This document shows positions 40,850 through 49,600 of a stretch of 64,000 bases of DNA, piece after piece (the stretch's first letter is position 1; every line of letters begins with the position of its first letter). The notes beneath the pieces are model-generated. The model made no database searches. It was not told the origin of the DNA and saw only the letters and a list, made by a program, of their open reading frames with translations. The stretch is from assembly GCA_040007095.1 (NCBI GenBank), contig JBDTVS010000127.1:18958-82957 (forward strand), in the 5' to 3' direction. The translations under genes and the position numbers were made by a program. Origin of the DNA: Acidobacteriota bacterium. GTDB taxonomy: Bacteria > Acidobacteriota > Vicinamibacteria > Vicinamibacterales > CAVVIG01.

Positions 40850-42178
40850 TCAGGCCGTCACGCCGGCGCGAGATGCAAGCTGACGCGCGCTCCGTCGGGC
40901 TTCTGCCGCGACCTCCAGGCGGTCGACGCGGACCGGCGCGAACTCGTCCACCAGCACCTCGCCGTCGACGATCGTCGTGCGCACGTCGCTCCCGCGGGCC
41001 GAATACACCAGCGTCGAGTAGGGATCGGGCCCGGGCGCGAGGTGGGGTCGATCGCGATCGACCACGATTACGTCGGCGAGCTTCCCCGGTTCGATCGATC
41101 CGATGGCGGCGCCGAGGCCGAGCGTCCGGGCCCCGTTACGGGTGGCCATCCACACGACCTCGCGAGCGGCGAGGATGCCCGGGTGCCGTCGCGTCGCCTG
41201 AAGGATCGCTGCGAGCCGCATTTCCTCGAACATGTCGAGGCGGTTATTGCACGCCGCGCCGTCCGATCCGAGCGAGACCGTGATCCCACGTGCGAGCATT
41301 TCAGGCACCGGGGCCACGCCGGATCCCAACTTCAAATTGGATCCTGGGCAATGCATCACCTTGACGTCGTGTTCGGCGAGCAGGCGTTGTTCGTCGTCGT
41401 CTACCCAGACGCAGTGCGCGGCGCATAGCCGCGGCGACGCCAACTGGAGGCTCGCCAGGTATTCCACGTTGCTCATCCCGCCCGAGATGTCCTTCACAAT
41501 GGCGATTTCCTCACGCGACTCCGACGCGTGAGTATGCACGAGCGTGCCATCGGCGGACGACAAGGCCGCCACCGCCTCCAGTAACTCCCGCGAACAGGAC
41601 ACGGCAAAGCGCGGCGCGAATGCCGCCCGCAGCCGTCCGTTCGAGGCCCCATCCCAGCGCGCATGGATGGCGACGCTCTCGTCGATGGACGCCCGTGTGT
41701 GCTCCCGCAGCCGCGCAGGCACCTCGGTCGCCCCGTCCATCATGCACTTGCCGATCGTCGCGCGCAGCCCGCTCTCCGCCACGGCTTCGAATACCACATC
41801 CGTATCGTGAACCGTCTCCATCGTCAGGACGGTGGTGGTGCCGCTCGCGAGAAGCTCGGTCGTCGCCAGGCGCGCGGCCGCGCGCAGCGATGCCGGCGAG
41901 TGCGCCGCTTCCATCGGCCATACCCGCTTCCGCAGCCAGTCCATGAGCGGCAAATCGTCCGCGTAGCCGCGAAACAGCGTCTGACACAGGTGGATATGCG
42001 TTTGGATGAGACCGGGCAGCACATAACCGCCGCGCGCGTCGATGATGCGATCGTGAGGTTCGGCGATTGCCGGTGCTACCGCGGCGATGCGGCCGTCGCG
42101 GATCGAGACGTCACCCTGTATGACGTCGAACCGGTCGTTCATGGTGATCACGATACCGCCGCGGATCAGGATCGACAT
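40850..42178 (-). CDS. Amidohydrolase, MTA/SAH-deaminase / chlorohydrolase-like
   Basis: 442 aa. PGLIQTHIHLCQT, HTHASES, SLGSDGAACNN metal-ligand motifs. Confidence 0.8.
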   Translation of the reverse strand: MSILIRGGIVITMNDRFDVIQGDVSIRDGRIAAVAPAIAEPHDRIIDARGGYVLPGLIQTHIHLCQTLFRGYADDLPLMDWLRKRVWPMEAAHSPASLRAAARLATTELLASGTTTVLTMETVHDTDVVFEAVAESGLRATIGKCMMDGATEVPARLREHTRASIDESVAIHARWDGASNGRLRAAFAPRFAVSCSRELLEAVAALSSADGTLVHTHASESREEIAIVKDISGGMSNVEYLASLQLASPRLCAAHCVWVDDDEQRLLAEHDVKVMHCPGSNLKLGSGVAPVPEMLARGITVSLGSDGAACNNRLDMFEEMRLAAILQATRRHPGILAAREVVWMATRNGARTLGLGAAIGSIEPGKLADVIVVDRDRPHLAPGPDPYSTLVYSARGSDVRTTIVDGEVLVDEFAPVRVDRLEVAAEARRSARQLASRAGVTA

Positions 42179-42321
42179 GGTCGAGCACCGTGAATCAGGA
42201 AATCACGAAGAGCCAAAGCGCCCACACGCAACTCAGTACGCGAATTCTCAGGTGTGAAGTCTCAAGTCTGCCTTGTTCGGACAGACTTCAGGCTTTCCAG
42301 CGCCCGGCCCGCGAATTCACG

Positions 42322-43164
42322 CTAGGCCCGGGTTCTCAGCCCCGGCGGTTCCCACTGCATCGAGAGCTTCTCGGTGTCACGGCCGGTGAGCTTGCCGTGC
42401 TTCACGGCGATCAGCTCCGCGAGGATGCTGACGGCGATCTCCTGGGGTGTGACCGCGCCGATGTCCAGGCCGATCGGCGCATGCACGCGCTTCAGACATT
42501 CAGCGGGGACGCCGTCCTGCTGCAGGGCTTCGTAAATGCGGGCGACTTTCGCGCGGCTCCCGATCAATCCGAGATATCGGAGGTCCCGGGGCGCGAGCGC
42601 GCGCAGCGCCTCGAGGTCGTTCGTGTGTCCGCGCGTGACGATGACGACGTAGGCGTGCGGCGGCAATTCGGTGCGCGCAATCCAGGTCGGGATGTCTTCG
42701 GCGACGACCGCGGCCACAGCCGGAAACCGCTCTCGGCTCGCGAACTTCTCGCGATCGTCCACCACGTGGACCTCGAAGCCGACGGCGTGCGCCAGGGTGG
42801 CCAGTTCGGTGCCGACATGGCCCGCACCGATCACGTAGAGCTCGGGCGAGGGCTCAATCGGCTCGATGTAGACGTCCATTTGCCCGCCGCACACCAGTCC
42901 GGTCTCCTGGGCGAAGTCGTCCGACAGCTCATAGTGCACCAGCTGCGCCTTGCGTGCAGTGATGGCTTCCCGCGCCTTCCAGAACGCGTCGTTTTCGTAG
43001 CAGCCGCCGCCGATCGTGCCGACCATCCGTCCATCGCCAAACACCAGCATCTTGGCGCCGACCCGCTGCGGCGTGGAGCCGGTGGTTGACACGATCGTCA
43101 CGAGCGCGGCCGCTTCGCCGCGACCCAGCGCGTCGGAGACGGCGGTGAATACTTCCTTGTTCAC
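42322..43164 (-). CDS. XdhC/CoxI-family accessory protein
   Basis: N-terminal ALVTIVSTTGSTPQRVGAKMLV and Rossmann-like VIGAGHVG. Confidence 0.8.
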   Translation of the reverse strand: MNKEVFTAVSDALGRGEAAALVTIVSTTGSTPQRVGAKMLVFGDGRMVGTIGGGCYENDAFWKAREAITARKAQLVHYELSDDFAQETGLVCGGQMDVYIEPIEPSPELYVIGAGHVGTELATLAHAVGFEVHVVDDREKFASRERFPAVAAVVAEDIPTWIARTELPPHAYVVIVTRGHTNDLEALRALAPRDLRYLGLIGSRAKVARIYEALQQDGVPAECLKRVHAPIGLDIGAVTPQEIAVSILAELIAVKHGKLTGRDTEKLSMQWEPPGLRTRA

Positions 43165-43199
43165 GCTCGTTGATTATACGGGGTCTCAGTTGGGCCGGT

Positions 43200-43433
43200 G
43201 GGGCAGGCGACAGGAGTGGGGCAGGTCGGGCAGGGTCGGGCAGGTGAGGCGTCTAGGCGGGTGGGACGCAACAGGGCGGAATTGCTGTTCAGCTGGGGAA
43301 ACAGGTTACAGGTCGTCGCCCACTCAATCGACCTTGCTCCTGTCTTACCGGCGCAACCTGCCATACCCGCCCGATCGGCCGACGTGCCCACGCGCCCGAG
43401 CCGCCCGACCTGCCCGACCTGCCCGACCTGCCC
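43200..43433. repeat. Inverted tandem 9-mer arrays flanking about 155 bp (MITE-like)
   Basis: Left arm GGGCAGGTCGGGCAGGGTCGGGCAGGT (about 43219-43245). Right arm CCCGACCTG x3 (43404-43430), the near-exact reverse complement. Confidence 0.8.
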
Positions 43434-45802
43434 TACTTATGCAATTCGCACAGCTGCGTTGGTTCCGTGCCCACCATGAAGGGGTCGTGGTGGGTAACCG
43501 GACATCTGGGCGTGGCGAGCTTGCCGGTCTCGACGTCGACGTCGGCGAACGTGATCCCGTCGGGGACCTCGAACTCCTGGCTCGAATGCCCGGCCAGAGC
43601 CCTCAGCATGAATTGCGTCCAGATCGGCAGCGCCGCCTGCGCACCCGTCAGCCCGACGGGCTGGTTGTCGTCGAAGCCAACCCAGACGACGGTGAGCAGC
43701 TCCGGCGTGAAGCCGACAAACCAGGCATCGCGCAGATCGTTGGTGGTGCCTGTTTTGCCCGCCGCGTCCAGCGTAAAGCCGGCCGCGCGAACGCCGCCGA
43801 CCCCGGCAGCCGTCCCCTCGTTGATCACGTCGCGCATCATGTCGGTGACGAGGAATGCCGTCTCCGCGCGCGCGACCCGGCGTAGCGGCGCGGCGGCGCT
43901 CTTGGTGACGTTCTTGCCTCCGCTCGTGATTTTCTGGATGTGCTTCAACGGGCGGATGCGGCCCTGGTTGGGAAACAGGGTGTACGCGGTCGCAATCTCA
44001 TACGGCGTCGCCTCGAACACGCCAAGCGCAATCGAGGGGTACGGCTTCGGCGCGCTGCCAACGCCAAGTCGCTTCCAGAAATCCGACACGCGGCCGTAGC
44101 CAACCGACTGCGCGACGTGAATCGTCGCGAGGTTGCGCGAATGCGCCAACGCATGTCGATAGGTGACCGGGCCGTCGTAGGTCTTTTCGAAGTTCTCGGG
44201 CGTCCAGATCTGGTCGTCGAACTCGAACGTCTCCGGATCGTCGAGCGCGATGGTGGCCGGCGTGATGTCGGTGCGCCCGTCTCGGGCGGCTTGCTCGAAC
44301 GCGGTGAGATAGACGAACGGCTTGAACACCGAGCCCGGCTGCCGCCGCGAGGCGATCACGCGGTTGTACTGCGACTGGTTGTAGGACCGGCCGCCGACAA
44401 ACGCCAGGATCTCGCCGGTCTGCGGGTCAATGGCGATCAGCGCCGCTTCGGCCCGGCCGCGGCGCTTGCGCCGCGCCAGCAGTTCGTCCACATGCGTCAG
44501 ACCGCTTCGCACGGCGTCCTGGGCGAGCCGCTGCAGATGGAGGTCGAGGGTCGTCATCACATCGACGGCCTGGGTCGTTTTCGTCGTCAGACCGGGATAG
44601 TCTTCGGCGAGCGTCTGGCCGACGAAGTCGACGAAATAGGGCGCCTCGGCTTCCAGCGCGCGCTCGACGACTGCCAGCGGCTCTTTCAACGCGTGCTGGG
44701 CCGCGGGCGCCGTGATGTAACCCTCGTCCAGCATGGCCTGGATGACCAGGTTGCGCCGATCCCGGCAGCGCGCGGGATTGTTGAACGGCGACAGCGCGGA
44801 CGGTGACTGGATGACCCCGGCAATCGTCGCGGCCTCGGCAATCGACAGGTTGCTGACATCTTTGCCGAAGAACAGCCGCGAGGCCTCGGCCACGCCGACG
44901 ATCGCGAACGAGCCCCGCTGGCCGAGTGGCACGTCGTTCAGGTACATCTCAAGAATTTCGTCCTTCGAGGCGCGCCGCGACAGCACGATCGCCAGAAACT
45001 GCTCGAGCAGCTTCCGCTTGAGTGAGCGTTCGCGCGCCGACTGCAGCGACATGCCCTCGAAGGTCGGCAGGAAGACGTTTCTGACCAGCTGCTGGGTCAG
45101 CGTGCTGGCTCCGCCGCGATCACGGCGGCCCCTGGCATACGAGAACATGGCGCTGACGATGCCGATCGGATCGACGCCGGGATGGGAATAGAAGCGGCGG
45201 TCTTCGATGGACAGCACCGCATGCACCATCACGGGCGGCACGACCACGAGCGCGACTGGCCGGCGCTTCTCCCGTTCGCCGCTGACGAGCGACGTCAGGA
45301 CCGGTGTGTCGAGGACGACCCGCTCGCTGGCCTGCTTGCCGACTTCCAGCTGCTCGACGTGATCGGGCGTGCGCGGCGGCCTTCCTTTCGGCGCCGTGCG
45401 CGCCGGCGGTCCCGGGCGTTGAAACGCGACACGCACGATCTGACCTTTGAGGTCGGGACTGCGCGGCATGATCGTGACCGCGCCGGCGCCGATCGAGAAC
45501 TGGCCGGGCTTGTCGGGGCGCGTGCGCTCTGCATAGCCGATGTCGTTCAGGCGATCCACGAGCTGGCGTTCGGTGAGCGACTGGCCCTGCCTGAGCTCCA
45601 GGGGGCGTGCGAACACGCGGGGCAGCACACGATCGCGCTCGCCGTGAAGCCGACCGTCGATGAGGTGCGCGAAGCTGACGTAGTAGTACGCGGCCGCGGC
45701 GATCAGCAGGGCAGTGGGCACCGCGGCGACGGCCGCAGCAATCCGTACCCAGCGGAGCCGCCACCACGATGCGATCCGCACCTTCAGTCGGACTTTCCTC
45801 AT
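43433..45802 (-). CDS. mrcA: Class A penicillin-binding protein (PBP1A-type transglycosylase/transpeptidase)
   Basis: N-terminal TM anchor. GT51 motifs SIEDRRFYSHPGVD and GASTLTQQLVRN. Transpeptidase motifs SVFKP and KTGTT. Confidence 0.93.
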   Translation of the reverse strand: MRKVRLKVRIASWWRLRWVRIAAAVAAVPTALLIAAAAYYYVSFAHLIDGRLHGERDRVLPRVFARPLELRQGQSLTERQLVDRLNDIGYAERTRPDKPGQFSIGAGAVTIMPRSPDLKGQIVRVAFQRPGPPARTAPKGRPPRTPDHVEQLEVGKQASERVVLDTPVLTSLVSGEREKRRPVALVVVPPVMVHAVLSIEDRRFYSHPGVDPIGIVSAMFSYARGRRDRGGASTLTQQLVRNVFLPTFEGMSLQSARERSLKRKLLEQFLAIVLSRRASKDEILEMYLNDVPLGQRGSFAIVGVAEASRLFFGKDVSNLSIAEAATIAGVIQSPSALSPFNNPARCRDRRNLVIQAMLDEGYITAPAAQHALKEPLAVVERALEAEAPYFVDFVGQTLAEDYPGLTTKTTQAVDVMTTLDLHLQRLAQDAVRSGLTHVDELLARRKRRGRAEAALIAIDPQTGEILAFVGGRSYNQSQYNRVIASRRQPGSVFKPFVYLTAFEQAARDGRTDITPATIALDDPETFEFDDQIWTPENFEKTYDGPVTYRHALAHSRNLATIHVAQSVGYGRVSDFWKRLGVGSAPKPYPSIALGVFEATPYEIATAYTLFPNQGRIRPLKHIQKITSGGKNVTKSAAAPLRRVARAETAFLVTDMMRDVINEGTAAGVGGVRAAGFTLDAAGKTGTTNDLRDAWFVGFTPELLTVVWVGFDDNQPVGLTGAQAALPIWTQFMLRALAGHSSQEFEVPDGITFADVDVETGKLATPRCPVTHHDPFMVGTEPTQLCELHK

Positions 45803-45908
45803 GCCACGCCATTCACTCGCGAACGTCCGAGACTCGCCGCCAGCGACCAGCTCGCAACGCCGGCAGGCCGCCCTGCCGGGTTCGCATTGCCGTGTTCGCG
45901 GCCCGTCA

Positions 45909-47570
45909 TCAAATCGTCACGACCCAGTGCTGGCGCATGTCGAGCGGCAGTTCGTCGCGCAGCCGATCGAGGAGCGCCGGGCCGTACTGATTCAGCAAGG
46001 AGACGAAGCCGATCGCGCGTTCCTGCGGGTGACCGCCGGGGAATGCGAGCGCCCGCGTGTGCATGAACTGGCGGCGGAGCGTGTCGTGGCGGCGCTTCGC
46101 AGCCTGGATCATCTTGCCGTGGAACGTCTCGAGGTCGTGCTGCATGCGTCCCATGGTCGAGCGCGCGGCGCCTTCGAGCGTGGGATCGATGGCGGAGACG
46201 GCGAGCATCACCTGCGCCATCTGGGCGGAGATCGCCTCCCGCGCGGCACTGAACGAGGTGTCCACTGTTGGCGGAATCTGCGTTTCGAGCAGCGCGTTCA
46301 ACACCGACTCGTCCTGCGCGTGCAGCGCTTCGAAGGGCGGCTGGTATTTGGTGAGAAAACGAATCGACGCCGAGTCCAGCACCGTGGCCGAGGCCCGCAG
46401 ATATACGAGCGGCATCGGCACGCCAAAGTGGGCGTAAATGTCCTTCAGCTGGCCGAGATACGCGAGCTCGTTGGGTCCGGCGACATAACAGGCGGTCGGA
46501 AACAGCGTGTCCTGCACGATCGGCCGCAGCAGGACTCCCGGACTGAATCCGTCGGGCCGGGCGCCGGCCTCCTTGACCAGGTCATCGATCGTGTGGCGCT
46601 GATCGCCCACGACCAGACCGTCGCCCTGCCGGCGAATCAACCGGCGGCCGCCGTCGAGGCGGAACAGGCCCACGCCGTCGTCCTGCGCATGAACCTGGGC
46701 GTGATAACCGCGCGCCACCATGTCGGCGCCTGCCGCCGAGGCGAGGCGCGCCGTCTGACCGGCCGTCGCCAGCTCGCGGACGAAGACCCCTGACGCGAGC
46801 GTCTTGGCCGCCCGATCCGACGCGTCGTAGACGATCAGGCCGTGCGGGCCGAGCACCCGCTCGAGCCACCGCGCGAACGCGTCGGCCATGCCGTTCCCGT
46901 CTGCATAGGCGCGGCGCAGATCGTCGAGGAGGGCCGGCGTGAACTCCGTGGCTGGCAGAATCTGTGCGAGCTCGTCGATGGTCGCGTGAATCGAATCGTC
47001 CAGCGTGACCTGCGCGACGGGGGATGGATCGGCGGACGAGCGAGGGGGAAGGCCCACCGCACGCGGTTCGAGCTGTGCGTCGAACACCGTACACGAGCGG
47101 ACTTCGTCCCAATCGTGGTCCTCACCCTCGACCCAGAACACCGCGACAGCCGGCACCTGGTGTTGTCGCGATACCTCGTCGGCGAGCTTGAGCGCCGTCA
47201 GGGCCTTCAGCAGCGTGAACAGCGGACCGCCGAAGAGTCCCGCCTGCTGTCCGGTCAGGATGGCGACGGCCCGCGCATCGTGCAGTCGCGACGCGGCCTC
47301 AATCGCCGGGGCGGGCGCCTGCCGCCGCTGTTGTTGCGCCGCGACGATCGAGGCGATCGCGTGGCGGTCGCGCGGATGCGCTTGCGCGCGGGCGAGCGCA
47401 TCCGCCCAGTCGGCCTGATCGGCCGGATCGCCATTGAAGAACGTCGCCACGGATCGAAAATCGTAGGCGTAGTCGGCGGCGAGTCGACGAATCCAGGGAA
47501 AGCGTCGAACGTCGACCGGCATCCGGGTGGAGGTTTCTAAGGGAGAAGAGCTCGGAGCGTTGTGTGACAC
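45909..47570 (-). CDS. bshC: Bacillithiol biosynthesis cysteine-adding enzyme BshC
   Basis: 553 aa. LTGQQAGLFGGPLFTLLKALTALKLA motif and length typical of BshC. Confidence 0.8.
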   Translation of the reverse strand: MSHNAPSSSPLETSTRMPVDVRRFPWIRRLAADYAYDFRSVATFFNGDPADQADWADALARAQAHPRDRHAIASIVAAQQQRRQAPAPAIEAASRLHDARAVAILTGQQAGLFGGPLFTLLKALTALKLADEVSRQHQVPAVAVFWVEGEDHDWDEVRSCTVFDAQLEPRAVGLPPRSSADPSPVAQVTLDDSIHATIDELAQILPATEFTPALLDDLRRAYADGNGMADAFARWLERVLGPHGLIVYDASDRAAKTLASGVFVRELATAGQTARLASAAGADMVARGYHAQVHAQDDGVGLFRLDGGRRLIRRQGDGLVVGDQRHTIDDLVKEAGARPDGFSPGVLLRPIVQDTLFPTACYVAGPNELAYLGQLKDIYAHFGVPMPLVYLRASATVLDSASIRFLTKYQPPFEALHAQDESVLNALLETQIPPTVDTSFSAAREAISAQMAQVMLAVSAIDPTLEGAARSTMGRMQHDLETFHGKMIQAAKRRHDTLRRQFMHTRALAFPGGHPQERAIGFVSLLNQYGPALLDRLRDELPLDMRQHWVVTI

Positions 47571-48457
47571 TAAAACGCTACTCTCTCAGACGGCCGCAAA
47601 GGCTGTCAACCATTACCGATGTCCAATGCTGGGTCAGCGTCGAAGTCACCACCGACTTCGCCGAGCGCACCGAGCTAGCAAAGGCGTGGTTTCGGTGCTT
47701 GTCAGCTGCCGGTCGGGAGAAGTGCCCGGGCACGGCGAGCCGACCGGAGGGAGCCGCCGCGTCGGCCCGGCGTTCGGGGGCTCAAATGACGCGTCACGGT
47801 GAATAAATTCAACCTGGCGGCGTCTTTGTTCGCGCGGCGTTGACTCGGTGCCGCCGCGTCGTTGCGGCCGCCACCGCTGTTCGGTCTCGAGATCGGGTCG
47901 CGGGCCTGCTTCGGGCAACGCCGTACCAATGGGTCAGACCAGGCGCGAGCAGGGCTGCCAAGAAGGGTGGGAGTGGCGCACTCGTCACCGCGGCCACGCC
48001 GACAATCAGTGCAGGCCCACCGCTTCCGCATACGAATTCACGCGCACGTCTTGCCGGCGTTCTTCGCATCGCCCCTGTGGCCCACTGCATCGCGTCCGCG
48101 GTCGTTCGCGGGTCATGAATATTTATACACTCGGCCGGATACTCGTGTTACGATGAACGCACCTTCCAGAGGAGTTGTTCCCTGCATACAGATGCCGTTT
48201 GGCGCCTCCTGACGCGGTGGAACGAATCCGGGTCGGCGTCGACACGGGGCCGCTCTCCTGGTCGCGGGGGCGGCGGTCTGAAGACGCGGGAGCGACGCGC
48301 CCGGGGATCGCGTGGAGCCGCTGCTGGACCCTGGGTCGTGAGATCCCGCGACCGCGATGTGGTCTGATTTGTGAAAGAGCCCGGGATGAGCCATCGGCCG
48401 GGATCGCGAGGCCCGCGAGCGGGCTGTATCGTTTTGGACTCGGTGACTGAGCAAAAA

Positions 48458-49591
48458 ATGCACACGGAAGCAGTCTTGGCGCTCGAAGACGGAACCTGGT
48501 ATCGCGGCGTCCCCGCGGGCGCGGAAGGTGTGGCCGGCGGGGAAGTCGTGTTCAACACCAGCATGACCGGCTATCAAGAGGTATTGACCGATCCGTCCTA
48601 CGCCGGCCAGATCGTGACGATGACGTGCCCGGAAATCGGCAATTACGGCGTCTCGAACGGCGATCTCGAATCGCGGGCGCCGCATGTCGCCGGCTTCATC
48701 GTCCGCGAGCAGTCCCCGGTCGCCAGCAACTGGCGAGCCTCCGGTACCCTGCGCGAATACCTGGTGGCGAACCGGATCGTCGCGATTGCCGACATCGACA
48801 CGCGCGCCTTGACCCGCCGGCTGCGGTCGGGCGGCGTGATGCGCGGGGTGATCGCCACCGGCGAGCAGCTCGATCCCGCGGCGCTCGTCGAACACGCCAG
48901 GGCCCTGCCGAAGATGGAGGGATCCGATCTCGTGTGCGGCGTGACGTCGCCCGAGGCGTTCGACTGGCCGGCGGAGGATCCCGATGAGTTCGGCATGACG
49001 CCGTCGCGGCAGCCGACTCGCCGGTTGCGGATCGCCGCCTACGATTTCGGCATGAAACGGAACATCCTCCGGCGCTTGAGCGCGCACGGCTGTGATGTCC
49101 GGGTGTATCCGGCGCACACGCCCGCGGCCACCCTCCTGGCCACCGCGCCCGATGGCGTCTTTCTGAGCAACGGACCCGGCGATCCGGCGGTGTTGACGTA
49201 TGCCATTGACAACGCGCGCACGCTCGTCGAAGCAGACGTGCCGACCTTTGGCATCTGCCTCGGCCATCAGGTGCTCGGCCTCGCGATGGGTGGGTCGACG
49301 TTCAAGCTGAAGTTCGGGCACCGCGGCGCGAATCATCCCGTGAAGAAGCTCGACACGGGGAAGATCGAAATCACCTCGCAGAACCACGGCTTCGCGGTCG
49401 ATCCCGACTCGCTGCCGGCGGACGTGGCCGTGACGCACCGCAACCTCTATGACGGCACCGTCGAAGGGCTGCGGCATCGAACGCGGCCGGTGTTTTCGGT
49501 GCAATACCACCCGGAGGCCTCGCCCGGACCGCACGACGCGGACTATCTGTTCGACGACTTCATCACGCTCATTGAAGGGGCGAGAGGCTAG
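48458..49591 (+). CDS. carA: Carbamoyl-phosphate synthase small subunit
   Basis: N-terminal LEDGTWYRG...[17 protein letters not shown]. Glutaminase region FGICLGHQ and HGFAV. ATG 48458 chosen inside the longer track ORF. Confidence 0.95.
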   Translation: MHTEAVLALEDGTWYRGVPAGAEGVAGGEVVFNTSMTGYQEVLTDPSYAGQIVTMTCPEIGNYGVSNGDLESRAPHVAGFIVREQSPVASNWRASGTLREYLVANRIVAIADIDTRALTRRLRSGGVMRGVIATGEQLDPAALVEHARALPKMEGSDLVCGVTSPEAFDWPAEDPDEFGMTPSRQPTRRLRIAAYDFGMKRNILRRLSAHGCDVRVYPAHTPAATLLATAPDGVFLSNGPGDPAVLTYAIDNARTLVEADVPTFGICLGHQVLGLAMGGSTFKLKFGHRGANHPVKKLDTGKIEITSQNHGFAVDPDSLPADVAVTHRNLYDGTVEGLRHRTRPVFSVQYHPEASPGPHDADYLFDDFITLIEGARG

Positions 49592-49600
49592 ATCGCGAAG

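Noticed and set aside
47585-47625. AACGCTACTCT 11-mer identical to part of E. coli 4.5S (SRP) RNA, next to a GCAA-loop hairpin
   Set aside because: The conserved domain IV features (GGAA-type loop with symmetric AGCA/GGA internal loop) are absent. This is most likely a chance match.
47809-48090. 93-aa minus-strand ORF with one hydrophobic stretch, in the bshC-carA gap
   Set aside because: My hand count of third-position G/C is about 63%, well below neighbouring genes. No RBS is visible and there is no family resemblance. It is kept only as part of the gap finding.
48150-48190. UUCCAGAGGAG motif upstream of carA, reminiscent of the PyrR-binding loop (UCCAGAGAGG)
   Set aside because: One AG is missing, and I could not draw the required stem with a purine bulge around it. 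It is too weak to call without a covariance-model scan.
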